This document shows, in pieces, positions 1-14,581 of a DNA stretch of 64,000 bases. Position 1 is the stretch's first letter. The number at the start of each line of letters is the position of its first letter. A program made the position numbers and the translations under genes. Origin of the DNA: Orbicella franksi (taxonomy: Eukaryota); contig OZ116707.1 of NCBI GenBank assembly GCA_964199315.1, positions 30,504,001 through 30,568,000 of the forward strand, read 5' to 3'. The notes beneath the pieces are model-generated. The model ran no database searches. It was not told where the DNA came from and worked only from the letters and a program-made list of their open reading frames with translations.

Positions 1-509
1 GATATGAGGAAAAGAGTTCGCAGTGTATGTTAAGTTTGATTTACGACAGTTTTCAGAAACATAGGCTGCATGATTTAAATACAAACTTTTGATGTATTGA
101 CCACTATAGAGTGAAGATAGTTCAAATGTTAATAGTCTTTTTATTACATTTTTTTTTTCTGAAAAAAAGGACATATTTTCTTTTTGGATTATAGAAACGC
201 TCCTGAAAGCTGTGAAAATCACTTAATGATATCTCTTATTATATCTCTCAGTTAGTAGGCACGCAGTGATTGGTCAATTTAGCGGGCCGTACTCTACTGT
301 AAGGCCCGCTAAATTCAAAAGTTTGTTTTAGTCGCCATGTAAAATGTCTCTTGAAGAAAACTTTGAAACATATTTTAACTAAAAGTACGCCGACGAAGAA
401 AAAGAACAAAACACAGAAACAGATAACCAAAACTTTCGAGTTGGTTTCTTAGAGTTTTTACAGATAGACGAGCACGAAGAGGATAACTCGAGTCAAGAAC
501 TAAATTTAT

Positions 510-793
510 TATATGGCTAGCTCCGTGAGCTGGTAAGATGAATCAAATCCTGCGCTGTGATTGGCTACCCGAGCGGGTCTACCCGCCGTGTCCTGCAAGA
601 AAAATTTCCACGAAAGCCAGATAATAAATCCTTTATTGACCAAGCTTGTTTGGCCAAGATGGCTGGATATTGGCCTCGTTCTTTTTTTGCGTGTTTATGG
701 ACCTCGACTCTGTCTCGGTCCATAAACACGCAAAAAAAGAACTTGGCCAATATCCAGCCATCTTGGCCTCACACTTGGTCAATAACCCATATA
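510..793. repeat. Palindromic interspersed repeat with hairpin core at 632-785
   Basis: GGCCAAGATGGCTGGATATTGGCC and GTTCTTTTTTTGCGTGTTTATGGACC each paired with their exact reverse complements. Confidence 0.8.
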
Positions 794-1630
794 ACTTCAT
801 CGCAGCCGAAAGGTCGTCAAACACAGTGAAAAAGACAACGTACGAGTGGAAAAAAAGAAGCTTCAGCTTCCAAGCGATGCCACGTCCTTCTCTCTTCGCA
901 TCAGTAAACATCGGCTCAATTTCCAACTGTCTTTAATCTTGCTCAGTCTGCTGACCAAGTGATGCATCTGGCAGCTTACATTGAAACGCCGCAAAACACC
1001 AAAAACTGGATTCTAATCGTTGAAAATTTTCCTCATGTTGTTTTCGTTCACACTGATAAAATTAATTAATTCATTTGACGCTGACATTGAACAAAGTTTG
1101 CACTTTCTACGTTTTGCCCTTCATAATTCGCGCATTTGAAAATACTCTTGACGACAATGGGAGTTACTTGCAAAACGTTTTATCACTATTCGTTACAGAA
1201 AATCTTTGTAAACTTAACTGTTGTAATTATCTTGTCTTATTAGTTTGAAGTTTGAATGAACGTTTTGACGACTCAAGTCACTTTTTGTGGAAACCAATAT
1301 ATTGTCCTCACGTTTAGGATTCGACGTGTGTCAATCGTCAATGGCTGTTCTGCTTGATTGAAATCTTCTCCATCTCTTTGAGCCCAGAGATATAATAAAT
1401 ATCTTACTAACCTCGTTTTCTCGGTTAGTAAGAGGTATATATTCCCACAGCATTTCTTGTTCTCACAAACTGCTGTTTATGTTCTGTAACTTGAAAAGTG
1501 TTCTATTTGGAAAGTCTCTTTCATATGTAATGTTTTTATGACTAATAGCCAGGTTAATGGTAGTAGAAGCATACTTAGTATGATTTATAGATTTTAATGT
1601 TAGTCATTAATAAAATGTTATTACACACAG

Positions 1631-1887
1631 GTTACTACATGTACATTGAAACCTCCTCTCCTCGCTCAAAGGGGCACAAAGCCTGGCTTATAAGCCCTCA
1701 GTTCAAATCCACCAATGGAAGATGCCTCCAATTCTGGTACCACATGTATGGCGCAACTATCGGTACATTGAATGTCCTTCTCCTGCAAAACAAAACTCGT
1801 TCCTCGCCCATCTGGAGTCTCTCTTCCAACCAAGGCAACATATGGCGAATTGCCCAGGTCACCCTTAAAAGTCCTGCTGACTTCAGT
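1631..1887 (+). CDS. exon 1, MAM1 core
   Basis: AG/GT, phase 1-0; [16 protein letters not shown]. Confidence 0.92.
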
Positions 1888-2404
1888 GTAAGTGTTTCAT
1901 AAACCAAGTGCAATTATTTTAAATGTTTTCCAGTTTACCTGGGGTACTTCCCCAAGAGCATGACCTTTTTCTGTTACAGGCAGGCAAGCTTAATGTGCAT
2001 TACGTGTTCGTTACTTGACACTTCCCCCCAAAAATGCAAAATGAGAGCAAAAATACAGCAAAAGGCTTTTCGAGAAGCATCAGTGAATTTTAAGGTTTAA
2101 GTGTCTTGATCAGGGATGTAANNNNNNNNNNNNNNNNNNNNNNNNNNNNNNNNNNNNNNNNNNNNNNNNNNNNNNNNNNNNNNNNNNNNNNNNNNNNNNN
2201 NNNNNNNNNNNNNNNNNNNNNNNNNNNNNNNNNNNNNNNNNNNNNNNNNNNNNNNNNNNNNNNNNNNNNNNNNNNNNNNNNNNNNNNNNNNNNNNNNNNN
2301 NNGAACCAATGAATCAATGAATCAATCATTCAGTCAGTCAGTCAGTCAGTCAGTCAGTCAGTCAGTCAGTCACTCACTCACTCAATCAATCAATCGATCG
2401 ATGG

Positions 2405-2442
<38 letters not shown>

Positions 2443-5400
2443 CGATCAAGTGATGTGTACGTTAAGTGGGTTATTTTTGCTTTCTGCATTTCTGAAGAGA
2501 AAAATATAGAAACAGATAACTCAAATAAATTTTGTGCTTATAGATTGCTCATTTATTAAAATAAGCTATTACTGTTCTTTGTCCATAGGTAATCTTTGAA
2601 GGAGTCACAGGCACAAGCTATACAGGAGACATTGCAATTGACGATGTAGAAACCGTTGATGGTACCTGTCCCCTCCCAGGTAGACCAATGATTCAATGTC
2701 AATCATGCTTGATCATTCACACTTGTGTTACACCAGTATGTTATTGTTTCACTGCTTGCATCAATTTTACCACCTAGGCTCATTTTAATGAAAGCACAGA
2801 TATCTCTATGCACCTCCATGCATTTCCATGCATCTCCATGCATATTGAAGGGTGCACGAGCATTACACAGTCTACCTTCTCGCAATGGACATCCCTGTAA
2901 TGTGGACGCCTCTTTATTACTGACACTTTCCTTTGGTCTGACAAAAAGACCTTAAATTCTCTACTAAAACCCACCCACTAAATCTCCATCCCAGAGAACT
3001 AATTGTATTATTTTCTAATTTCCACACATGTGTCTTTGATAAATTAAAGTGAAAGTCCATCGGAAATGTTGAGGTAGAAGTATGAAACTAAAACATGGGA
3101 ATGCGTGGGAAGAAGAACTCTTTATTAGTCATGACATTATATGATAATTATTTCAGTCACCTTTGATGTTATCAATTACCAGAGTGATACATTGACTTCA
3201 TTTGTCTGGCAGGTGATTGTGATTTTGAGAATGGATTGTGCACTTGGGTTAACTCACCGAATATTTTGGAAGACGAGTTTGATTGGACAAGGGGTAGTGG
3301 TTCAACACCAAGTAATTTTACAGGACCACCAACTGATCACACAACAGGCACAACGAAAGGTTGGTACTTTTTCATATATTTTTTTCTTTCTCCTTTCGTT
3401 ACATCTCTTTTTGATTTCTTCCTGCGAAGTGCAGTGTATGTTGTCAAGAAGATTCTAGCACTGGCCAGCCTACTTTGGCTTTGGTGTTACGTTAAAATGG
3501 TAACTAATCTCTAATAAGTACTGGGTGTATCTTTCACCTGCAGTTTGAATGGATAATAATTATATGAAGTAAATATTTGGATTTAACAGGTTTTCGTAAC
3601 ACTTTCAAAGCCAAAATCAAATCAAGCATTGGTGTTCACTTGCTATTGTCTTGTTCATATTGGAAAGTTAGGAGTTTAGTCAAGCCATTGTCACTACGGT
3701 TGATTTATGTTATTTATAATCATAACAACTTCATCTCTTTTTGTTTCCACAGGAAACTACATGTTTATTGAGACATCATACCCAAGGAAGTTCCGTGACC
3801 GTGCAAGACTAGAAAGTGAAGTCTTCGCTCCAACTCCCAGCAGTGGAAGATGTATGTCATTTTGGTATCACATGCAAGGAGGTCACATTGGGTCCCTGTC
3901 AGTGTACATGAGAGTGTATGGACAATCAGAGACAAAGTTATGGTCTGTCTCTCTTGATCAGGGAAATAAGTGGAACTCTGCAGTAGTGCCAATTCTCAGT
4001 GGTAATCGCTTCTATCAGGTAAGCTAGCTATAGTAGAGTAGAAAGCGATATGAACGTCAGACATAAACTGTACAAAACTTCAAAAATTAGTGTGAGTGCA
4101 GTTTACGATTTACAAAATTCTCTAAAATTTGCATGAGCTTTTGGCAAGTTGGATTTGAGAATTTTCAAATTTCATATCTATTGTAAATCCTTAATTGTTC
4201 CAACTTGCTGCAGTGTGATTTGTACTGCAGTGCAAAGAAAAAAATGCACTGGAAAAGAAATCATGGTCAATGATTCCATTACCGCAATGTTAGGTTTCAG
4301 AAGAATTTATTCCTTGTCGCCAAGCATTGCTTTCTCTGTAATTTAGCGCAAAACATAGATTATGTGAGGTTTTATCTTGTTTTTATTAAGCAAACTGTTT
4401 TGTATCCCATTCAAGGTGTGCATAAACTGTTTTAAATATGTTCTTTTTATTGTAGATCATTTTTGAAGGGACTCGTGGATCATCGTACCAAGGCGACATT
4501 GCTATTGACGACATTTCATTCACGGCAACTGTTGGTAAATGCCTGTTGTCCCCATCTAAGGCAACACCATTCGACTGCAACTTTGAGAGTGGTTTATGTT
4601 CCTGGACTCAGGACAGGACTGACCAGTTTGACTGGACAAGACACAGAGGTTCTACTGGTAGTGTTCTAACCGGTCCTAGCATTGATCACACATCAGGCAC
4701 ACGTTAGTATAACATTTGAAATGTATAGATGATATTAGATGATAAATTGCAGTCATACCTGTATTGAGCAGACTCCATTAAGTGGATGGTAGCCAATTTC
4801 TACGTTGTTGGTCATTTTGATTGATACTTGTAATTAGATTATAACAGCAAATGTGCCTGCTACTGGAAAATTCAGATGAGTCTCATTTGACAAGATGCTC
4901 ACCACCATGAAAAGAAGGACTGACTTATCGGTAGCCATCTGTAAAGTTGTGACTTGCTTTCAACACTATGCCAGAGAAATTTGAAAACGCAGTTTTATTT
5001 CTACAGTTAGGCCTACTGTCCACACTAATCCGTCACAAAAACGGAGCTTTTCTGATCTAAAATGCCCTTCAAACTGGAGCTCTTGTCGATTTGAACTTGC
5101 ATCCAGTTGAAGGATTAATTTAGACACATATTCTGCTTGTACGGAATTTTGGGCTGAAAATGTAATCACTAAATTAATATATTGCTGATAAATGGTTGTT
5201 ATTTGTACAGTTCAAGGTTGGTATATATACATAGAGACATCTTTTCCAAGACGACCTAATGACACTGCTCGTGTCACCAGTCCAACAATAAAAGGCAATG
5301 GTTCCAGCAAAGCCATTCACTGTGTGTCATTCTGGTACCACATGTATGGTCCTCATGTTGATGTACTACGTCTATACAAGAAACAGGGCTCCTCCCTTGG

Positions 5401-8400
5401 GAAACCTCAATGGATGAGACAGGGCGATCAAGGCAATAAGTGGGTACAAGGAGAATACACTTTGGAGCATGTGAATGATGTTCAGGTAAGGAAACTTGTG
5501 CCCTTCTTATCTACCTTCCAAGAATTACCTCTGTATTTACCCATAACATGATTTCGTTTTCCCTCATGGCTTAGTCGGTAGAGCACTGGTGATCTAATAT
5601 GGAAGTTAGGGCTTCAAATCCCACCAATATCAATTTTTATTCCGTACCTTGTGTGGTGCCCCATTTGCTTTCCAGGGTTAACGCTCAGAAAGAAATACGT
5701 AGGTCGATTTCAAGTGCTCTAAACTACTTCAGAGTTAATTCTCTGCACTACTCTGCAGTTTTCGTACTTCTTATGAACACTTTTGCAGATTGTTTTTGAA
5801 GCTGTTCGTGGCGTAAGTTACCGTGGTGATATCGCACTTGATGATATTGCTATAAGAGACGGCAGCTGTCCAACATCAGGTACATTTTCTTAAAAATGGA
5901 ACAGTTTTCAAATGAATGATATTTAGTGTGTAAATGTAACGTAACGTAAGCTAAATTTAAAAAGGAAATAGCACAAAAGCAAATAACAAAAAAAAAGAAG
6001 TCCTTGGGTGAGAACCTAAATACCTTTTTCCCAAATGTGTTCAGTGGTTTCCATGGCTACCATTGTCTTTACTAAAAGACAGAGCTGATTTATTTTACAA
6101 TATAATGAGTCATACCTGTACTTGGTTTAGATGCTGTGCGTATATTTATAGTTGATTGTAGTGTTCAAAGTTAAACTAAAGTTGGTAACTTCCTACAAGG
6201 GTCACAATTAACTGTCACAGAGTAATGCACCGATACTTCTCACCTTAGGAATGTGCAGCTTTGAGGCATCTGACATCTGTGGGTATACACAAGACTATGA
6301 TACTGATGATTTTAATTGGGTGCGCAGTAGTGGTCCAACTTCTAGCATTAGCACTGGACCAGTGGTAGATCACACATATGGCACTTTGTATGGTAAGTCT
6401 TGCGTGATTGTTTAGGCCTGGGTGTACTAAGTGGAAATATACCACAAAGTTCCTCCACGTTCAATGGCTGAGGGTTATTGTCTATTACAATATAGACAAT
6501 AAAATAATAACCTGTAGCGTAATGCAAGATAACTTGGTTTCATAGAACTTTGAACACACTGTAGGGGAAATGAATGTATTCCGTTGTCTTCAAGCAGAAA
6601 AATAGGAACCTTTGATCTAAACTGAAATGCTTTTGTAACAGAGAAATCGGCCTCGTTTCCCCAAGGGTGTGCACTTAAATTGACTGTAGAAATGATGCCA
6701 TTAAGTGCCTAACTTTGCGTTGAAACACTCAATTCCTTGTACTTGAGTTTTGAACATTTTATGGCGTCACTTCCGCAGTCGATAGGAAGGTAGGGCACAT
6801 AGAATTGGTAGCTACATCTATAAAGGTTGAAACCAGAGTTATAGCAAAGTTAAGTTCCACCCATTATATGTAGTTGTATGGCAAGTTGTTTTTTTGTCAT
6901 GATTGTCTATCAGTTTCATCCTGAATGCTTGTCAACCAAACTTATCTCTTTGCTTTTTGTAGGCCATTACATGTACACAGAGGTATCTCCCACCAGCTTA
7001 CAAAAGGGTGCCAAGGCTCGTCTGCTGAGTCCAAGGTACCCAGCTACCCAGGGCTCATGCCTGCAGTTCTGGTACCACATGTACGGCCGTACAATTGGAA
7101 CACTCAATGTCTATATTAGGGGTTTTTCTTGGTCTCAGACCAAGGTATGGAGCAAGACTGGTAATGACACTAACATCTGGAATGTAGCTCAAGTCAGCAT
7201 CAGCAGTCGTTATAGATATCAGGTATGTTTCTGGCTGTGGAGTAGCCTGGGTAGCAGGTGTTAAACAGGGGTGGGGGGAGGCAAAGCACGGATAGATGGA
7301 ACGGGACTGGAAGAAAGGAATTCCTTCCCCTTCTTCCTCCCACTTTTAGGCGCTCTCCCTTCTTCGTTTACGCTTGCAACGCAGGCTAGCTGTGGAGTGG
7401 CGTGCTTAACTCATTGACTCCCGAACTTTCCCCTAAAACTGTCATTTAGCACTATGCTTGCCTATTGTAATTACTAATTTATTGTCATCAATAGGATAAC
7501 AAATAAATAGGTGATTTTTGCCAAGACAGCGCTGCCGCTAAATGACTCTAAGCTTCATTTGAGCATGCAAACTAACAAATTCCCATTTGGTTTTTCTTTT
7601 GGGTATCAAATATATCACAAATGTAAACAACAGCCTCCATTTAGCACGAAACGTACGCTCGGACATCTGTTCCAAGAAGCCAACAGAGCAGAGCTCGAGG
7701 AAAATTGTGAACTTTGAGGAACAGATAATCATTCAGATCCAATCATTCAGACCCAATATATGTCTAAGGGTAAATATCCAAGCATGTTTTGGTTATGAAC
7801 TGGTCCATTTGTAGATTTTTTACCAGGGGTGAAGAAAACTCTTGTAAAAACTTTTTTGCGAGTTTCCAGACTGCATACGTACATCAATTTGGTTGTGGTA
7901 CAGGGATGAAATAAGACATGTTCACTCTGAAATTTTGTCAAACCTCTGTAATTTCGTATTTCACAAGGTTGTTTTTGAAGGAATTAAAGGAACAAGTTAT
8001 ACCGGTGATATCGCCATTGATGATGTCAAGATAATGAATGGAAGTTGTCCAACACCTGGAGATTGTTCATTTGACGACGGCATGTGCACCTGGACTAACA
8101 GCCGAACAGGTGACGTCTTTGACTGGATTATTGGAGGTGGAGGAACACCTAGCTTCTTTACTGGACCTTCCAGTGATCACACCACCGGCAATGGTAGGTT
8201 TGCATTTTAACAACAGTCATAACATCGAATTTCTGTTACAGTGATTGTAGTTTTTTCGGTTTATGGTTTTGTTTGTCTTGGTCGTTAAACCTCGTAGAAG
8301 TGGTGGTGAATTCAGTATGGTTTTGGGCTCATGTTATGCTTCCTGGATTTTGGTTTAATAACCTTATCAGGAAGTTGTGAGGAACTTTGTCGTGCATCAA

Positions 8401-8966
8401 TGAAACACCGACATGGTGGGAACCCTCGATTTTTCGCATTACCTGATTACTTGACGCAATTTTTCACTGTTCACTTGGGTGGTTTAGAAAATTTATGATT
8501 CCTCTACATGCAAATGCTCTCTTACTATATTTTACTGGTAGTTGCATTATATATGATCATTGAATAATGGTCATACCAACAAATTTGAATCTTAACCAGT
8601 GACCTTTTCCTTATAACAGTCATTGGACTAAAGATCAACCCACTCACTCTTTCTTGTTTTTTTCTTACTGACACCTTACTCTAACAGCTTCCTCATTATA
8701 AAGGCAAGTTGATTGGGTCTTTGCGGTGTATATTGCGTGGCAAAATATTCAACTGTAATTGCATCATGTTGATAGATAGTTTCTTGAACTCTGCATACAC
8801 ACAATGGTGTCTTACTGTATAATCCTGTCTTTGTGTAGCTGTGTGATTTAGGTAAAGCCAGCGAACAAGTTCACTCTCTTTTATTGCCCTTATTTGTTGG
8901 GAACCTTCAAAAATTTTATATTGTTACGATTTCCGCCGTTATGTTTTGATTTGTTTAAATTTTATA

Positions 8967-8997
<31 letters not shown>

Positions 8998-11900
8998 TTC
9001 ACTTGTAGGTCAGTATATGTTTATTGAGACCTCATCTCCACGCCAGCCAGGAGATAATGCTTACCTGCTCAGCCAGCCATTTGACCCAACTGTTAGTAGT
9101 GGAAGATGCTTGAAGTTCTGGCATCATATGAAAGGAGCTTCAATTGGAACTTTGAATGTCTATCTGTACACTGGGAACTTCTCTACAATGTATCTGCTTT
9201 GGCAGAGAAAGGGCAACAAAGGTGATAAATGGATGTTTGGACAACTTCCAATACGAAGCAGCGTTAAGTACCAGGTAAAGTACCATTCTTTGTAGCCATT
9301 AACCCTTTGAATACCAAACTTTCGCCAAAAAATACCGTTTTTAACCATTTAGTCAGGTTTTTTAGCTGCCAGACGCTAAGAGAGCTTTTTTTTACTAATA
9401 GGAGAGATTTTTCGAGGATTAGGTACAAAATTGAGAAAAATTTCAATTCCGGGCATGCGCATAAGACAAAATTTGGACTTCTTGCACCAAAACTGATAAC
9501 GTTGTTTTTCGATTTGCGACGTCGGAATGTCGTCGATATCTAAACCTGACCATTGTGCGGAAAGGGCTAGCCTAGTACTACTATCTGCTTAGCAAGAATA
9601 TCTGATGACATTTAAATTGATGACGTCAAAAGTGGTACAAAGAGCACGACCATTAATTACGCATATATGCGTAGTTGGTATTCAAAGGGTTAACATGTGG
9701 TGTCATACACATATCTTGTTTGAGTAATCTTTCTCCTGACCAATCCCATATGGTTGCCAAACGGACATACCATTGAGAGAACCGCATTACACTACACCAT
9801 GTAAGTGTGCAATCCCATCTTAGAAAACTCACTCGATGCCCTTGACTTCATGCGAGTTAGAATGTTGAAAAATTCTTTCAAATAGGTCGTGTTTGAAGGA
9901 ATCCGCGGGAACAGTTATGCTGGTGACATAGCTCTAGATGACATCAGCTTCACTGTCAGTGCGGCAAACTGCATATACCAACCATCTGATGCCCTTCCAC
10001 CTAATATGACAACTGCAGCACCGCCTGTAACCACCACGTCCTCTGTCAGCCCAACCACTATAGGTACGAACGGGTTGTCATGGCTTCCAGTTCACTGTAT
10101 TTTGTTTTGCAGCTATATAACATAAGAGTTACTTATCTGGCTCTGTATACTTTATTTAAGAAACAGGAAACATTTTCCGTCCTTCTACCGAGTTATAGAA
10201 ACACAAGTAGAAGTTGGATCTTTTTTGCAACACTTTATGGATCAACAGCCACTTTGACAATATGTTACGATAAGATAAAGTGGAACCCCACCTTACGGCC
10301 ACCTCGTTCTTACGGCCACTTTATTCTGGCTCGGACAAAACCTCAGTCAGATTTTTTCCTATATTCACTCACATATTGTTACTGTCTGTTGTTTCACTGA
10401 GAATGTAGTAATATTACTGAAAGCATAGAAGGCTTACTAAAATAATATACAGCATTCGCAAAAAGTGCAAGGTTTTGATCTTATGGTTGTTTATTTCTTT
10501 TTTGTTTATTTAGGAAATCAAGGAAATGACTGTAATTTTGAAGCTGGAATATGCAAGTGGACGTTTGATTCAACTGGAAAATTTAACTGGACTCGTCACA
10601 AGGGCTCCACAGGATCGAGTGGGACTGGGCCAAAGTTTGATCATACATTTGGCAATACAGGTTTGTTTTGTTGTTTCACTTTGTTATAACATTAAGGCCA
10701 TTTATACGAGAAAAATAAGCCGCGACTTACACGTATAAATAGCCCTAATGTCTTGACGTGGCGAGTATACATGAAATGTACATGTGTTTGAAATAGACAA
10801 ACACAACAAGTTGATAACAGAATTAACTGAGTTCCATCACTTTGCACCTTCTGTCAACTTTGTCTTAGGTGATTATTTAGCTGTGTTGTTTTGGTAGTTT
10901 TAAATTTTTGCTACTTGTACCTACTTTCAGGAAAGGGTTGGTACATGTATATCGAGACATCATATCCCCGTAAACCAAATGACACAGCTGGATTAGTCAG
11001 CCCTGCCATTCAGAAGTCAGGTTCATCTGCTTGTGTCTTGTTTTGGTATCACATGTTTGGACCACACGTGAATGCACTCAATGTGTACATGAAGGTGGGT
11101 AACTAAACTCCAGTGATCGTAAAGAAGAATAAAGACATTACGAGCTGTCTCTCAGAGGGTTTAGAAAGCGTCAGAAATTTTGCCTCACGTGCTAAGCGAA
11201 TTAACCTACAATCCTGGTCAATAGTCTTGGGACACTTTGTACTTTTGCCAACATATGGTCCTTCCGTCTACCTCCCCTTCCCCCTCCCCACCCCCCACCC
11301 CCCAACACACAATGTTGATGTTGATTCACCCAAAGTAGACCTACTATTCCAACATTGCTTGGAGAGTGGGGCTCGGAAAATGAAATAATGACTTCCCATT
11401 TAAAAATAATGCGTCACCAGTTGGCATTTTGTCAAGTGTCCCAAGGACTTTTGGCTAGGATTGTAGATTTGCCCCTTGCTTTCTCTGGCAATAACATAGA
11501 ACGAATAATAAAGTGTATTATCGTTTGTCACACGATGTAGTCACTTTAGATGTAGATCGCTACAGTGACTAAATCGTGTGACAAGCGATAATACACTTTA
11601 TTATTGCATCTACCACGATGAATAACAACAACCTTTTCCTCGACAACATAGAACGAATTTAACTTTTTGGCCCTCTGCTTAAAACGTTATTGGAATGCTT
11701 GGTCTCTGTTGTTTAATTTAATGATAGAACGTTCTTTTCTTCATCGGTGCAATTTGCTTTTATCAGTCAAATGGCAGATGTGAGAAATGACACGATAGAT
11801 TTATGACTTCTTCGTGTGCCTTTTACATAGTTTTGTCGTTTGTCAGGAAATGTAACCTATGGTATGTTATGCTACAGGGAAAAGTCTTAGAGACTAAAAT

Positions 11901-14537
11901 GTGATAACTTTCGTTTTTCAGGATGGAGGCCAGGCAAAGACTTTGATGTGGCAAAAAATAGGTTCTCAAGCTGACGAGTGGAAACAAGGACTTGTCCAGC
12001 TGTCTCCGAGTCAAAGTTCTTACCAAGTAAGGAAACAAAGTGTACCAAGGGAACCTATAGCCTGCGAACACCCACGTATTTCTGGCTGTCACTTAGTTCC
12101 GCCGAAAATAGCGGAACCAAGTGACAGCCGGAAATACGTCTGCGTTCGCAGGCTAGGGAACCTGAGGATTAGCTGTTTTTTTTTTGTCTTTTTTTTCGCT
12201 TTGGTTTGATGTTATCAGATAGTTAAGAATTTTTTTTTCGCTTTGGTTTGATGTTAAGAGATAGTTAAGAAGCAGGTTTCTATGATTGTACAATTTATGA
12301 CTGCCATGTTGGGCTTCTGATTCTCAATATTTGTTACAGAATATGTTCAGCGGTGGTTATTTAACTAGACTTAAATGGTGAAAACTGTATTCATTCATAG
12401 CTGCAATCAATCTCTAGTTTTCCTGACTGAATTTTTTTTACATATTTTGCTGAAAGGTTATCTTTGAGGGAGTGCGTGGCTCAAGTTACCAAGGCGACAT
12501 CTCATTGGACGATATATCTTTCCAGAACAATCAATGTCCACCCTCTAGTAAGCCCTATTCTTGTTCTTTTAACAAAAGGAGCTACAGGAATATATAAGAA
12601 ATGTGTGGTCATGCTTAAGTTTGATAATTAATTTGCTGATTGGTCAGTTACATCACAATTTAAGTGAAAAATCACGTGATTGTCTTTAGATGTCAGTCGA
12701 CATATTTGTGATTCGTTCTTGTGATGACACTTTAACTGGTGGAAACAAAAGGAAGCTGCAGAATATAAGCATTTGAAACTCAATTCTCAGTTTGTGAGAC
12801 ACTGGAAACAAAAAAACCCAGTCACGTCTTTTTGTATATGAAACATCAGCAAAGTTGCTCTGCAAAACTATTTCTAAGTGCAATGATCTAGTATAAATGT
12901 AGTGACATGGGTTTTAGTGAAAAATGTTAGGTATTTTGTAAATAATATTTTATTGCTTTATTGCTTTTTAAATGGTTACATAAAAGTAGTACTAGTGATT
13001 AAGGCTTACTAATTTTAACAAGGCAATTTGTTTTGTTCTGCCCACATGATTAGCACTTAAGGTTACAAGTTAACTTTCATATTCCTGTCAAGCTCTAACA
13101 TAAGACTGTTTTGACAGCTGAATGTACCTTTGAGTACTTTGTGGGCTCACAGTCATCTGTGTGTGGCTGGAATCAAGATCACTCTGGTGCTGATAACTTT
13201 GACTGGACTCGCGCTAGTGGTTCCACTGCTAGTTATCAAACAGGACCATCATTTGACCATACCTATGGAACAAAACAAGGTACTCCAAATATTCCATTAA
13301 TACCGTAACTTCCGTAAGTAACGACCCCCGGAAAGTAACGTTAAAAAGTTTTGGCCACTGGTGAATTCCGAGTGAAGCAACCCTCCCCCCCTCCCAACGA
13401 AAGAAATGGACCCCCTTCCCGAAAGCAGCAACCTTCCTGACCTTCCCAGCGATTATTCACTTCATGCAATATAGGGGTGAAGATAAAACGAACAAATGGC
13501 AGCAAACGGGATGCTATTACAGTGCGCCATGTGCCTGATAGCGTAGTAAAAACTCTGTACAAGCCATTGCTCAGGGCTCGAAAAAAGTGCCGTCCCATTG
13601 CCCCGGACAAGTAGATTTTCCTTCTGGGCAAGTAACTTTACATTCTCACTTGCCCAATGGGCAAGAGACCAAGCAAGTCATCTGCCAACTAAATCATTAA
13701 AAGGGCAAACTAAGACTTGCCATGGGCAAGCAAAATTTGAGAGATACTTGTCCCAAGGGCAAGTTGGAATTCAAGTTTTTTTCGAGCCCTGTTGCTGCAA
13801 AATAATATCAAGACGTGATGCCGCATTCCGGTCAAAGCAGGCCTGAGGGTGTGTGGGTGGCTGTGTGTACAGTTAAAGAAATTGCTAGTGCAAAGATATA
13901 AAATATTATATTAAGATTTTTCACGTGAATTGATTTGTTGTGCTTATTTTGAAGGGTTCTATATGTACATCGAGACATCTTATCCAAGGAAAAAGGGAGA
14001 CAAAGCAAGGTTTATAAGTCCAACGCATGCTCCTGTGAAGGGAGGGCAGTGCTTCCAGTTCTGGTACCACATGTATGGCCAAGACATTGGACAATTGAAT
14101 GTTTACATCAAAACAGGAGTAAATCTGAGCAATCCACTGTGGATAAGGTCTGGCAACCGTGGAAATGTTTGGAAAATTACCCAGATCTCCATTACCACCA
14201 GCTCCAGTTTTAATGTATGTGCTCAGTTTTGACTTGTTTGTAATGAAATGGTTTTGCTTTTCTTCAGGAACAACTCATCAAGAAACACAGTAAGTCTCGT
14301 TAAGTTAGAATGTATGTTTTTTATTTTCTCGGCAGATTGTCTTCGAAGGTGTTGTTGGGAAAAGCTATCAAGGAGATATCGCCATTGATGATCTCAAGTT
14401 AATCAAGAGTCCATGCCCATATCCAGGTGACTATATTGTTTTTATTTTAACCTTAATGAGTCGGTTTATCACATTCCTTCCGATGTGGTCAGTGAAAAAT
14501 TGCACAGCACTCCTTTAGAGAAGAAGAGACTGTACTT

Positions 14538-14581
<44 letters not shown>

